A stretch of DNA of 64,000 nucleotides from Methanomassiliicoccaceae archaeon (lineage in GTDB: Archaea; Thermoplasmatota; Thermoplasmata; Methanomassiliicoccales; UBA472), in NCBI GenBank assembly GCA_963789555.1, contig CAWBKY010000006.1, positions 8,520 to 72,519 on the forward strand, read 5' to 3'. This document shows positions 22,667 to 32,204 of the stretch, piece after piece. Below the pieces are notes generated by a model. The model was not told where the DNA came from, ran no database searches, and saw only the letters and a list, made by a program, of their open reading frames with translations. The position numbers and the translations under genes were made by a program. Position 1 is the stretch's first letter, and each line of letters opens with the position of its first letter.

Positions 22667-22745
22667 GCGCTCGGGCGGGTGGCCCAAGGTGGAACTTGGA
22701 TCTTACTAGGAGGAGAATAGGGGGAAGGCCCCCGTTCCCGAGCGC
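22667..22745. ncRNA. Candidate structured RNA or DNA element (family unknown)
   Basis: A GC-rich 79-nt island inside a 415-nt AT-rich divergent intergenic region. It has a 9-bp closing stem GCGCTCGGG / CCCGAGCGC. This encloses hairpins CCAAG-gtggaa-CTTGG (22684-22699) and GGGGG-aagg-CCCCC (22720-22733). Strand undetermined. Confidence 0.25.
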
Positions 22746-22967
22746 TTGCAGCGAGCAAAGCAACAACTCATATAAAAAAAATTTGATTCTTATTATAATC
22801 AATTCTAGTATATTCTTAAATAAATAAATAGAAATAATAGTGATATCTGGATGTTGTAAAATATTATAATATAAATTTAAAAACTAGATTCCTATCATAC
22901 CGTTGTTTCCTTATTCTTATCTACCCCCTCTCCGCAAGGGGCAGAATCAAACGAATGGCGAAGACCC

Positions 22968-23447
22968 ATGATTATCGAAACCGGCAACCCGCCCAACATG
23001 CTAGATATATATGGTTCCGGGATAGAGAAAGAAGTCTACTGGAAGTATGGAGATCGGATGAGAGGAAGGACATCGGACCAGGGATTCCCCCTGGAAGGAG
23101 GGGAGATCGTTTGTATCGCGGACCTTGATGACAACATCATCAGTGCCAACCCCTTCACCTTCAGACTGTTGCGTCAATCCAGCCATCCTAGGAAGATCGA
23201 AGGGTTGGTGGAGCTCATCCATCAGGAGTCCTCGCTTGACTTCGAGGACCGAGTCCGTCAAGTGCTTTCCGGCGAACTTGATTCCGACACCATCAAGGTC
23301 CCGATGCATCTGCCAGAGGGCGACATCTATTATTTGCTCACCCTCAGTCCGGTCAACGATCGCGAGGAGATCACCGGCGTGGCCGTGACCGGCCATCCTG
23401 AGGGGGAGATCGGTCCCGGTTCTCCAAAGGGCAGCCGGTGCCTTTGA
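22968..23447 (+). CDS. PAS-domain protein, possibly the N-terminal part of the following histidine kinase
   Basis: 159-aa ORF with PAS-like core (IVCIADLDDNIISANPFTFRLLRQS...IHQES...YYLLTLSPVNDREEITGVAVTGH). The next ORF's frame is open from 23402, so a single shift between 23402 and 23440 would fuse the two. Confidence 0.6.
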   Translation: MIIETGNPPNMLDIYGSGIEKEVYWKYGDRMRGRTSDQGFPLEGGEIVCIADLDDNIISANPFTFRLLRQSSHPRKIEGLVELIHQESSLDFEDRVRQVLSGELDSDTIKVPMHLPEGDIYYLLTLSPVNDREEITGVAVTGHPEGEIGPGSPKGSRCL

Positions 23448-25516
23448 GCGCCGACCTGCTGGCCAGCCTTAATATAATGCTCGTCTATGTGAACCCGACC
23501 GGGGCCATCGTCCATGTGAACCGAGCCTTCGAGAACCTGCTGGGGTACAACCTGGACGAGATCCGGGGCAGGCAGCTCGGAACCTTGACCACCATGGACG
23601 CGACCGCGATGCAACGCATGCGTGATGCTGGTAGCGAAATGCGTCCCGGCGAGGTCCTGTCAGTGGACGTCGACCTCAGGACCAGGGAGGGGAAGATAAT
23701 CCATTCCCAATGGCGGGCCATGTCGGTGCGCGACGAGGATGGCGATCTCAAGGGCGTGATCGCCCTGGCCCAGGACCCCAATGCCGCCCGGGTGCTGGAG
23801 GTCCAGGTAAGCGAGCTTTCCAGTCAGATCGAGACCCTATCCGTGTCGGCGGCCGAGATGGAATCGGCCCTTGACCCGGACGAGGTCATGGAACAGATGA
23901 TATCGCGCATGATGGCGGCCATACACATGCAGCTTGCGGTCATCCGGATGGCGGACGAACCCGGCCAACAGCAGGTCTTCTACAAAGGTCTGGATTTCCA
24001 AGAGGCGCGCAACATACTCGACGTAGAGGTCGAGGACTTGGTCCTCTCCGACTGGATCGACGCCCGTGGCATCTACATATGCCCGGACCGCGAGATGGAC
24101 CCATTCTTCTCAAAGAGCTATGGCATGCCCCGTAGCTTCATCCTCGCCAGCATCGGGCTCAGGGGTTTCCCTCTGGGGGTGGCGCTGTTCGGTTCCCCCG
24201 CCAAGGACAAGGACCTGGAGCGCAAGGCACCGGTCCTTCAGACCTTCCTGCACCAGATCGCCATGCAGAAACGGGACGAGATAACTCACGAGGACGTGGC
24301 CCACCGCAATGTGGAACTGCAGACCCTCTACGAGACCTCGAAGATGCTCTCGTCCACCATCGAGCATAAGATCGTCCTCGAGCTCATATTGGAAAAATCG
24401 ATGGAACTGGTTCGGTCGGACAACTGCCTCATATTCGAGCTGGACAAGAAGGGCAGGAAACTACGATGCGTCGCCTCCAAGACCAAGGACGGCGTGGGCG
24501 CCGAGGGGTTGGAGATCGCCATCGGTGAGGGCATTTCCGGCCTGGTGGCGCAGCACCGGGAGGGCATGCTCATCGAGCGGGCGGACATGGACGGAAGGTC
24601 GATATTACTGGACGGCACCCCGGACGAGCCCTCCAGCATCATCAGCGTCCCCCTGAACATCGGTGACGAGATCTTCGGCGTGATGACCCTGGAGAAGACC
24701 CCCGGGGTCCCCTTCAACACCAGTGAGTACCGCCTGGTGGAGATGTTCTCCATCCAGGCCGCCTTTGCGCTCAAGAACGCAGGCATGTACAAGGGCATGG
24801 AGGACAACATGGCCATGCAGCAGATGTACAACGTCCTGCTCACCCACGATGTGGCCAATTACAACGTCCCCATCCATGGTTTCCTGGAGCTGCTGGTCAA
24901 GGACCCCAAGTTGGACGACAGGCAGCGCCGCTACGTCCGCTCCGCCCTGGTCCAGGCGGAGAACATCTCCAGCTTGATCGCCAGCGTGCGAAAGCTCTGG
25001 TGGCTGCGCACGACCGACCAGGAGCTCGACCTGGCCCCCATCAACCTCGCTCCCTTCGTAAGGGAATGCATCGACAGCTTGCACATGAGCAGCCTGTTCA
25101 ACGCCATTGAGATCAAGGGCAGATACGAGAGCGAGCAGGCCTTCGTGCTGGCCGACGTCTTCGTCAAGGACATCCTCTACAATCTCATCAGCAACGCCTG
25201 CAAGTATGGCGACATGCGCCCGGTGGAGGTGGAGCTATATGCCTGGGAGGAGAACGGCAAGGACTATTGGCGCTTGGACGTCAAGGACCAGGGCAAAGGC
25301 ATCCCTGACGAGAGGAAGTCAGCGCTCTTCAAACGCTTCGATCGCCTGGATTCCGTGACCGCGGCCGAGGGCCATGGGCTGGGGCTCAGCGTGGTGAAGG
25401 CCTTCTGCGACCGGTACTCCGGCCGCGTCTGGGCTGAGAACCGGGTCCCAGGCGATTGGTCCAAGGGGTCGGTATTTTGTGTCATATTACCGCGAACCAG
25501 GAACCAACCTTCATAA
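23438..25516 (+). CDS. Sensor histidine kinase (PAS - GAF - GAF - HisKA - HATPase_c)
   Basis: Intact 692 aa. PAS: VNPTGAIVHVNRAFENLLGYNLDEIRGRQL. GAF-like segments follow. H-box: LLTHDVANYNVPIHGFLELL. ATPase motifs: NLISNACKYG, DQGKGIP, GHGLGLSVVK. Confidence 0.85.
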   Translation: MPLSADLLASLNIMLVYVNPTGAIVHVNRAFENLLGYNLDEIRGRQLGTLTTMDATAMQRMRDAGSEMRPGEVLSVDVDLRTREGKIIHSQWRAMSVRDEDGDLKGVIALAQDPNAARVLEVQVSELSSQIETLSVSAAEMESALDPDEVMEQMISRMMAAIHMQLAVIRMADEPGQQQVFYKGLDFQEARNILDVEVEDLVLSDWIDARGIYICPDREMDPFFSKSYGMPRSFILASIGLRGFPLGVALFGSPAKDKDLERKAPVLQTFLHQIAMQKRDEITHEDVAHRNVELQTLYETSKMLSSTIEHKIVLELILEKSMELVRSDNCLIFELDKKGRKLRCVASKTKDGVGAEGLEIAIGEGISGLVAQHREGMLIERADMDGRSILLDGTPDEPSSIISVPLNIGDEIFGVMTLEKTPGVPFNTSEYRLVEMFSIQAAFALKNAGMYKGMEDNMAMQQMYNVLLTHDVANYNVPIHGFLELLVKDPKLDDRQRRYVRSALVQAENISSLIASVRKLWWLRTTDQELDLAPINLAPFVRECIDSLHMSSLFNAIEIKGRYESEQAFVLADVFVKDILYNLISNACKYGDMRPVEVELYAWEENGKDYWRLDVKDQGKGIPDERKSALFKRFDRLDSVTAAEGHGLGLSVVKAFCDRYSGRVWAENRVPGDWSKGSVFCVILPRTRNQPS

Positions 25517-25554
25517 AGGGCTGAGGTAGATACAAGGGCAGGGAGTGGCGAAGC

Positions 25555-25974
25555 ATGGATGAGACGATGGAGAGGGTCAGGGTCTTGATGGTGGAGGACA
25601 ACCAGGACCACCTGGACCTATGCCGTGAGTACCTTTCTGAGGACATGTTCGTCCTGGACGCGGCCTTGGACGGGCGCGAGGCGTTGGACAAGGTCAAGAA
25701 CAACCAGTACGACATCATCGTCCTTGATTACCGCCTCCCGGACACGACCGGTTCAGAGCTATTGCGCCGCATCCGGGCGATGAACAAGGACACCCCGATC
25801 ATTTTCGTCACTGCCATGGACGACCCGGACATCAGCTTCCAGGTCATGCAGGATGGCGCCTCCGATTACATACCCAAATCGTTCCAATACTACGAGCGTC
25901 TGCGGGACCGTATCCTGGACAATCTGGGCATCGAGGTCGTGGAGGAGGACATCCCTCCGAACCGGCCGGCGTGA
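25555..25974 (+). CDS. Receiver-only (CheY-like) response regulator
   Basis: Intact 139 aa. Contains VLMVEDNQDH, IIVLDYRLPDTTG and IIFVTAMDD...ASDYIPKS. No output domain. Confidence 0.85.
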   Translation: MDETMERVRVLMVEDNQDHLDLCREYLSEDMFVLDAALDGREALDKVKNNQYDIIVLDYRLPDTTGSELLRRIRAMNKDTPIIFVTAMDDPDISFQVMQDGASDYIPKSFQYYERLRDRILDNLGIEVVEEDIPPNRPA

Positions 25975-25988
25975 AGGGGTGCTCGACC

Positions 25989-26535
25989 ATGGTACTGGTC
26001 CTCGGCATCAATGGGAGCCCGAGGAAGGACGGCAACAGCGGCACCCTTCTGGATGAGGCGTTGCGCTCGGCATCTGAGTGCGGTGCGGACACCATTCGCA
26101 TCGACGTTTCGGACCTGGACATATCTGGGTGCCGCTCCTGTTGGAGCTGCGAGGAGAGCGGGGAATGCGTTGTCGAGGATGACATGGCCAAGGTTTATGA
26201 GGTCCTGCTGAGGGCGGATGCCTTGATCGTGGTCTCCCCGGTCTACTTCTCTGGACCCACCAGTCAGCTCAAGCAGCTCATCGACCGGTGCAACTGCCTG
26301 TGGAACCGCAAGCTGCCCGCTGCCAAGAAGGGCGCGTTGATGGTGGTGGCGGCGGACCCCGACCAGAACTTCGCGACCAATCGTCACGGAGCTACGGTCG
26401 TTCATGAACTCGGTGGGCTACCCATGCCAGGAAGAGCTCCTCGTGCCTGGGGTGTTCCGCAAGGGCGAGGTCATAGCAGACCGCAAAGCCATGCGCCTGG
26501 CGATGGAGATCGGGGCCAGGCTGGCCTCAGGCTGA
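25989..26535 (+). CDS. Iron-sulfur flavoprotein (Isf-like NADPH-dependent FMN reductase family; one frameshift near 26385)
   Basis: VLVLGINGSPRKDGNSG flavodoxin-like start. Compact cluster CRSCWSCEESGEC (CX2CX2CX5C). Also SPVYFSGPTSQLKQLIDR. The tail LVPGVFRKGEVIADRKAMRLAMEIGARLASG* is in another frame. An alternative GTG start at 25971 overlaps the regulator's stop. Confidence 0.7.
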
Positions 26536-27314
26536 GCCTCCCCGGGCTGGGCGCAAAGGAGGGCGTCAAGGTCCGCCACCTTCTTCAATATGCGATCGAA
26601 GGTGGTGGCCACCAGCAGCACGGCGAAGCCGAGGCCGAGCATGTAGGCGAACTGGGAACCCGAAACCTGCCCTATGATGGCGAAGAAGTTGAATGAGGCG
26701 TGCAGCAACACCGCCAGGCCATAATAGGGGAGCCAGCTGACCTTAAGTCCCTTCGCCCTCATCGCCATCTGCCTGGAGATCCCGAAACCGGATATGGCGC
26801 TGGCGCTGGCATGAAGCAGTGTTGACGTCAAGGCCCTCAGAACGGCCGTGCCCACGAAGACGTCCAGACCCACAGCGATTGCGTTGGCGCCATAGAGCAC
26901 GTTCTCCACCGCGGCGAAGCCCAACCCGACCGCCGCCCCGTACACCAGGCCGTTCTTCAGCTCAGCCAGCCGACCCCGGAAGAGCATGATGCCCCAGGCC
27001 TTGGTCATCTCCTCCACCAACGGTGCCATGACGCAGGCCATCAGGATCAATTGGAAGGAAGGGTCCCCCGGATCGAGGTTCCAGAAGGGCCGGGATAGCG
27101 CTCCGCCCTCGCCGAAGAGGAGGGTGATCAGCGCCGATTCCATAATGAACGCCAGTCCCAAGGAGAAGGTCCCGCCCACTACGAAGGCGGACAGGAGGGG
27201 GCGAAGCTGGTCCCGGTCGCACAGCTCCTTGCTCCGGACCCATAGCACATAGATGATGGGCGGCACTATGGCCGCCAACAGCACCACCAGGATCTCCCCC
27301 GCCGATAAGGCCAA
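26418..27314 (-). CDS. PrsW-family intramembrane protease-like protein
   Basis: Polytopic membrane protein with APLVEEMTKAWG, GLGFAAVENVLYG and LLHASASAISG / LLHASFNF. The ORF tail overlaps the convergent Isf gene by about 118 nt, so the true stop is uncertain. Confidence 0.7.
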   Translation of the reverse strand: MALSAGEILVVLLAAIVPPIIYVLWVRSKELCDRDQLRPLLSAFVVGGTFSLGLAFIMESALITLLFGEGGALSRPFWNLDPGDPSFQLILMACVMAPLVEEMTKAWGIMLFRGRLAELKNGLVYGAAVGLGFAAVENVLYGANAIAVGLDVFVGTAVLRALTSTLLHASASAISGFGISRQMAMRAKGLKVSWLPYYGLAVLLHASFNFFAIIGQVSGSQFAYMLGLGFAVLLVATTFDRILKKVADLDALLCAQPGEAQPEASLAPISIARRMALRSAMTSPLRNTPGTRSSSWHG

Positions 27315-27362
27315 CTTCCTCTCCCGTGGTGATGATTTGTGGGGGCTCTAGATAACAGTTGC

Positions 27363-28151
27363 CTAGCCAGGTTGGTACGGCACATACCTGGTGCGGAGCT
27401 GCCGATGGACGCCTTCCCTGTCCAAGTGCCTCACCTTGGTCCATATCAAGGCGAAAAGGGCCACGTCCATTATTATGATGAGGAGCACGCTTCCCACGAC
27501 CATGGCATCGCCGCCCCCGAACACCTCGGAGCTGGAGGCCATGAAGTTCGATAGTGCGTGGAGGAACACGGCCACCAGGTAATAGGGCAACCAGGCCAAT
27601 GGTCTCTCGATGGGACGGAGTATCTCGCATCGGGCCAGGCCATAACCGGTGATGGCGGTATAACTGGCATGTCCGAGGGCCGCCGAGACGGCGCGCAATC
27701 CCAGCAGCATCAGGGCGGATTCCAAGCCCTCGCTCGTGAGCTGATCGAACCCATAGAGCACGTTCTCCACCGCGGCGAAGCCCAACCCGATGCAGGCCCC
27801 GTAGATCAGTCCGCTCTCCAGTCCGGTGAAGCGCTTCCTGAAGAACATCACGCCCACCCCTTTGGTCAGCTCCTCGGCGATGGGCGCGACCAGCACAGCG
27901 GCCCAGATCGTCGAATCGCTCTCCTCTCCCCCCACGATGACGATGATCACGATGATGGGGATGAGCATCAGGAAGCTGAGGACCAGAGCGGCTATTATGG
28001 AGAAGGTGGAACCCACCCCCAGCGCCTTGAAAAGGTCGATGACCTTCTCGCGATGCAACCTGCTAGCATGCCTTATCAGGAAAAGATAGAGGATGGAAGC
28101 GCCAAAAGCGCCCACTATCAGCAAGGCCAGTCCGAACAGGTCGATGTCCAT
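27363..28151 (-). CDS. PrsW-family intramembrane protease-like protein (tandem paralogue)
   Basis: Intact 262 aa with APIAEELTKGVG, GLGFAAVENVLYG, ALGHASYTAITG and FLHALSNF. Confidence 0.75.
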   Translation of the reverse strand: MDIDLFGLALLIVGAFGASILYLFLIRHASRLHREKVIDLFKALGVGSTFSIIAALVLSFLMLIPIIVIIVIVGGEESDSTIWAAVLVAPIAEELTKGVGVMFFRKRFTGLESGLIYGACIGLGFAAVENVLYGFDQLTSEGLESALMLLGLRAVSAALGHASYTAITGYGLARCEILRPIERPLAWLPYYLVAVFLHALSNFMASSSEVFGGGDAMVVGSVLLIIIMDVALFALIWTKVRHLDREGVHRQLRTRYVPYQPG

Positions 28152-28236
28152 CTGAAACGTTCAAGGCATTGGTCTCATGCTATTAACAATTAATCGCACA
28201 AATGGCCTCTCCAGATGATCATCGAGCGCCAACGGT

Positions 28237-29197
28237 TCATCCGTCCATCTTGGAAAGGACCTCCGGTCCGAACGGGTCGAGCAGTGCCCCGCCCGCCCCC
28301 ATCTCCAACAGGAGCTCCTTATCGGCCAACCTCACTCCCCCACCGATAAGGGGCGTCTCGGCATATGTGCACATGTTGCCCGCCCAATAACGGTCCGGTC
28401 CCTGGCCCCGACCAATACGTCTTCAGGTCAAGGAAGGCGATCTTTCGGTAGCCCATCGACCGCAAGGCATCGGCCACCTTCCTCGGGTCGGTCTCTGGCT
28501 CCCTTTGACGACGCCATACCACATCAGGCGCGCAGCAGATGCAAGGGACCACCCGGTCCGAAAGGTCGATGGCCTTGCGGAAATGTTCAAGCGAGGAGGT
28601 CCCAATGGTGCAGACCAGCATGTGGTCCGCCCCCATGAGGAAGGCATCGAACACGTCCTGTTCGCCGCGCAGCCCGATGTCAAGCCATATCTGGTTCTTC
28701 CTCTTCATGGCCCGCCTCATGCCCTCGATGTCGGCCTCCCCCTCGTTTATGCCGTCCAGGTCGAGGAAGGCGGCCTCCTTGCTGCCATAGACCTCCTTGG
28801 TGATCTTCTGCCAATACGGCCCTAGCAGCGCCTTTCGCCCAGCGGTTTGGAGGGACCCCCCCTCCCAGACCACCTCGGTCACCCTGGTCACTGGTCGCGA
28901 GGTCTCGCCGTTCATGCGCGTGAACCTTCTGCCCCCGGTCTCAAGGGGGAGGAGGGGCACCAGGACGAACTCCGGACCGCTCTCCAATGAAGGCGCACCC
29001 TTTTCCGAAACGAAGCGCTGATAATCCTCCACGGTGGCGAACTCCATGGGCACGCCTATCTTTCCACAATTGAAGCACTTGTAGCTACCATCATCGTTGT
29101 CCAGATGGGCCATCGGCCCACCGACCAGGGTCATCTCCTCCAGGTCGGTGCTGTAGCAATGGGGGCATACCTTGAAGCCTATGTCCTTCTCGTCCAT
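28237..29197 (-). CDS. Zn-ribbon fused to a HisA/HisF-like TIM-barrel domain (one frameshift near 28395)
   Basis: N-terminus CPHCYS...(26 aa)...CFNCGK. The C-terminal part has FLDLDGINEGEAD...IWLDIGLR...MLVCTIGTSSLE. After the shift the tail reads ETPLIGGGVRLADKELLLEMGAGGALLDPFG..., typical of HisA/HisF-type barrels. Confidence 0.5.
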
Positions 29198-29221
29198 CGT
29201 AACGTCCCCTGAGCGGAGAAA

Positions 29222-30764
29222 CTAGGTTATATGGTTATCTGGAGCCCGGTTCAGGGCTGAGGGCAGGACGTCACTCGCCTTCTCGCCCTCGGGATGCACA
29301 TCGTTCTCGTAGTCCAGCCCATGTCCTGGGCGCATCACCAAGGCCACAACGAAACCGATCAAGGAGAATGCCATGCCAGCGATCCAGGCCCACACAAAAC
29401 CCTGGTCCGAGGTTAGCTCAACGATGACGCTCGGCGGGGCCCCCGGAGGGTTGTAGGCGACCAAGTAGCCGGCCATGATGACCGAGGCCAGGACCGGGCC
29501 GATCGAACCTCCTACGATGCGGAACAAGGTGTTCATGCCCGAGGCGATACCGAAGTCCCTCTGGGGGGAGGCCATGGCCACCACGTTGATGAGGGAGACC
29601 ATGGAGAACCCCAGACCGATGCCCATGACGAACATGGCCATCATGATCTCGTTCACATTGGAGTGGAACAGGATGACCAACAGATACCCGATGGCGATGA
29701 AGAGCAGACCGGTGGCCAGGACCCTGTCCGCCCCCAACCTCTTGGACCATTTCCCGGCCAAGGGGGCGAATATCAGTTGGGCGATGGCGCTGGGGAACAG
29801 GTACACCCCCACATCGAATGCGCTCTCGACCCCTAGTCCCCCCACCGCCTCTGGCGACATGAGGAAGAACGGGAGGGTCTGGAAGATAAGGAACATGCTT
29901 ATCCCCACGAAGAACCCGCATATGTTCGCTCCAGCAATGCCCCGGTTGGCCATGAGCCTCAAGGAGACGATGGGGTCGGTGGTCCTCCTCTCCCAGAGGA
30001 CGAAACCGATCAGCAATGGCGCGGAAAGGGCGAAGAGCCCGACGATGCCTGATGCTGGTCCAGCCCCATTCATCGCCCTGGGTCAGGCCAAGCAGGAGGC
30101 AGAAGACCCCGAGTCCCAGGAGGGCCGCCCCGGCCACGTCGATCTTGCATTTGATGGTCGTGTCCGTGGTCTTGATGACGAGGTAGACCACCACGATGAG
30201 AAGGGACATGAGAGGCCAGACGATGTCGAACGCCGTGCGCCAATCGAAATATTCCACGATGAGGCCACCAGCGAGCAGGCCGATGCTCACCCCTACGGAG
30301 AACATGGCGCTCACCACTCCGATGGCCATGGGGATGAGGCGCTTGGGGAAATTGTCCCTGATAATGCCGAAGGCCAGGGGGAACATGCCCATGCCGATCC
30401 CCTGCACCGCCCGGAAGGCGATGAGCATGACCATGGAGGTGGAGAAGGCGCAACCCATCAGACCGATGGTATATCCGACCATGGAGAGCATCATCACCTT
30501 CTTCTTCCCGTAGATGTCGCCTAGGCGTCCCAATAGAGGGGTGGCCACTGCACCGGCGAGAAGATAGGCGGAAAGCACCCATGAGACCCATTGCGACTCA
30601 TCAGGGAACTCCATGGCGATGGTCGGCAGGGCCGGGACCAGCATGATCTCTATGAACATGACCATCATGGCGATGAAGGCCAATATGATGAGGATGACTC
30701 CGGGCCCCTTCAGGGTGAGCCTCTCGACCCCATTGCTAGAGTTAACGGGAACGGTCTCGGACAT
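29222..30764 (-). CDS. MFS transporter, DHA2/EmrB-like (one frameshift near 30070)
   Basis: N-terminal half: LVPALPTIAMEF...GRLGDIYGKKKVMMLSM...RAVQGIGMGMFPLAFGII. The C-terminal half is ORF 29222-30073. There are about 14 hydrophobic segments. Confidence 0.8.
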
Positions 30765-31003
30765 GTAAGTATGCCTCTACCTAGGCTGCCGCATGCCGAA
30801 ATTCGATATTTAATCATTGTCTTTTCAGACCGCATCGATCCCTGACGGAACTGGATTCGATTTTTCACTTCGCTTATGAGGTTCCATTCCGTGAGTAATG
30901 CGATGCTTCGGCAATGGCTCTCGATGCAACGAATGGAATAAATACCAGCTGCTTGGTCGATTCCGACATAACTTTCTAACATCTATAATGGAGGAGAAAC
31001 ATA

Positions 31004-32138
31004 ATGTCCGTTGGACCGAAGGAGCCCCGTGTGGGCGTTTTCATATGCAGATGCGGAGGTCAGATCGACCTCAGCATTGACACTGAACGACTGGCATCGT
31101 CCGCCCAAGAGGAGCAGGACGTGGTATTCACTCAAACCCTGCCCTATCTGTGCCACCCAGCCGGAATGGACGAGATCGCAGAACGGATCAAGGGCGAGGG
31201 TTTGGACCGGGTGGTGATAGCCGCCTGCTCGCCTCGCCTCTACCTGCAATCGTTCCAGGAGACCATCGAGGGAGCGGGATTGAACCGCCTCATGATCGAC
31301 ATGGCAAACATCAGGGAGCAGGTGGCCTGGGTGCACTTCCGCGATAAGGAGGCCGCGACCAGGCAAGGCCGAGGACATGGTGGGCATGGCCATCGCCAAG
31401 GTGCGGAACCAGCTTCCCGACGAGCATGGCAACGTCTCCTTCGTCAACAAGTCCCGTTGCGTCGGATGTGGGGTGTGCGAGAGCGTCTGCAACGTCAACG
31501 CCATCACCCTGGCTCCCGACCCGGCCTTCAATGACAAGCGCAAGGCGACGGTGAACCCGAAGGCCTGCGTCGGTTGCGGCGCATGCGTCTCCGCCTGCCC
31601 CACCGCGGCCATGGACCAGACGTTCTTCTCCAACCGACAGATATTGGCTCAGATAGAGAGGTCGCTGGCCAATAGGGACGAGGAGTCCGCCTTCCCTCAC
31701 ATACTGGTGTTCTCATGCCATTGGTGCTCCTACTCCTCCGCCGACCAGGCCGGTCTGATGCGCATGGAGCTGGACCCCCATTTCCGCACGGTGAGGACCA
31801 TGTGCTCCGCCCGGGTCGACCCAGAGTGGGTGCTGAAGGCCATCGCCTCCGGTGCGGACGGCATAATGATCCTGGCGGGCGTTCCTGGACGTTGCCATTA
31901 TGAGATCGGGAACCTACGCACCCGGAAGCGCATGACCTTGCTGCAGATGGTGCTCAAGCAATACGGTTTCGACGAGAACCGATTCCAGGTGAAATACGTG
32001 GACTCGGACCAACCTGAAGCCTACGTGCGGACCGTGCAGGAGTTCATGGACAAGATCAAGCAGCTCGGTCCCAACCCCATCGAGGCCACGACCATCGTGG
32101 ACCCGCAACGGGTCGAGCTCCCCTACCTAAAACTCTGA
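31004..32138 (+). CDS. HdrA C-terminal-like module + 2x[4Fe-4S] ferredoxin + MvhD/FlpD domain fusion (one frameshift near 31365)
   Basis: VGVFICRCGGQIDL...DRVVIAACSPRLYLQSFQ...MANIREQVAWVHF. Two ferredoxin motifs, CVGCGVCESVCN and CVGCGACVSACP. The MvhD-type part reads LVFSCHWCSYSSADQAG...CSARVDPEWV...ILAGVPGRCHY. GGAGGAG lies 8 nt upstream of the ATG. Confidence 0.7.
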
Positions 32139-32204
32139 AAACCCCTTAATCATATTTTTATTTAATAAAAAATATAAATCAGGGAAAGGGTTTGGAAATT
32201 TAGA

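Noticed and set aside
22667-22746. tRNA hypothesis for the GC-rich element (7-bp acceptor-like stem GCGCTCG/CGAGCGC)
   Set aside because: There is no T-arm (GTTCGAATC-type loop) adjacent to the 3' acceptor strand. There is also no proper D-arm or anticodon arm on either strand.
26418-26535. A 118-nt convergent overlap between the Isf gene and the first PrsW gene. Smaller convergent overlaps occur at 44910-44928 and 51135-51207.
   Set aside because: These are probably artefacts of undetected frameshifts that extend one ORF tail. No independent signal suggests functional antisense overlap.
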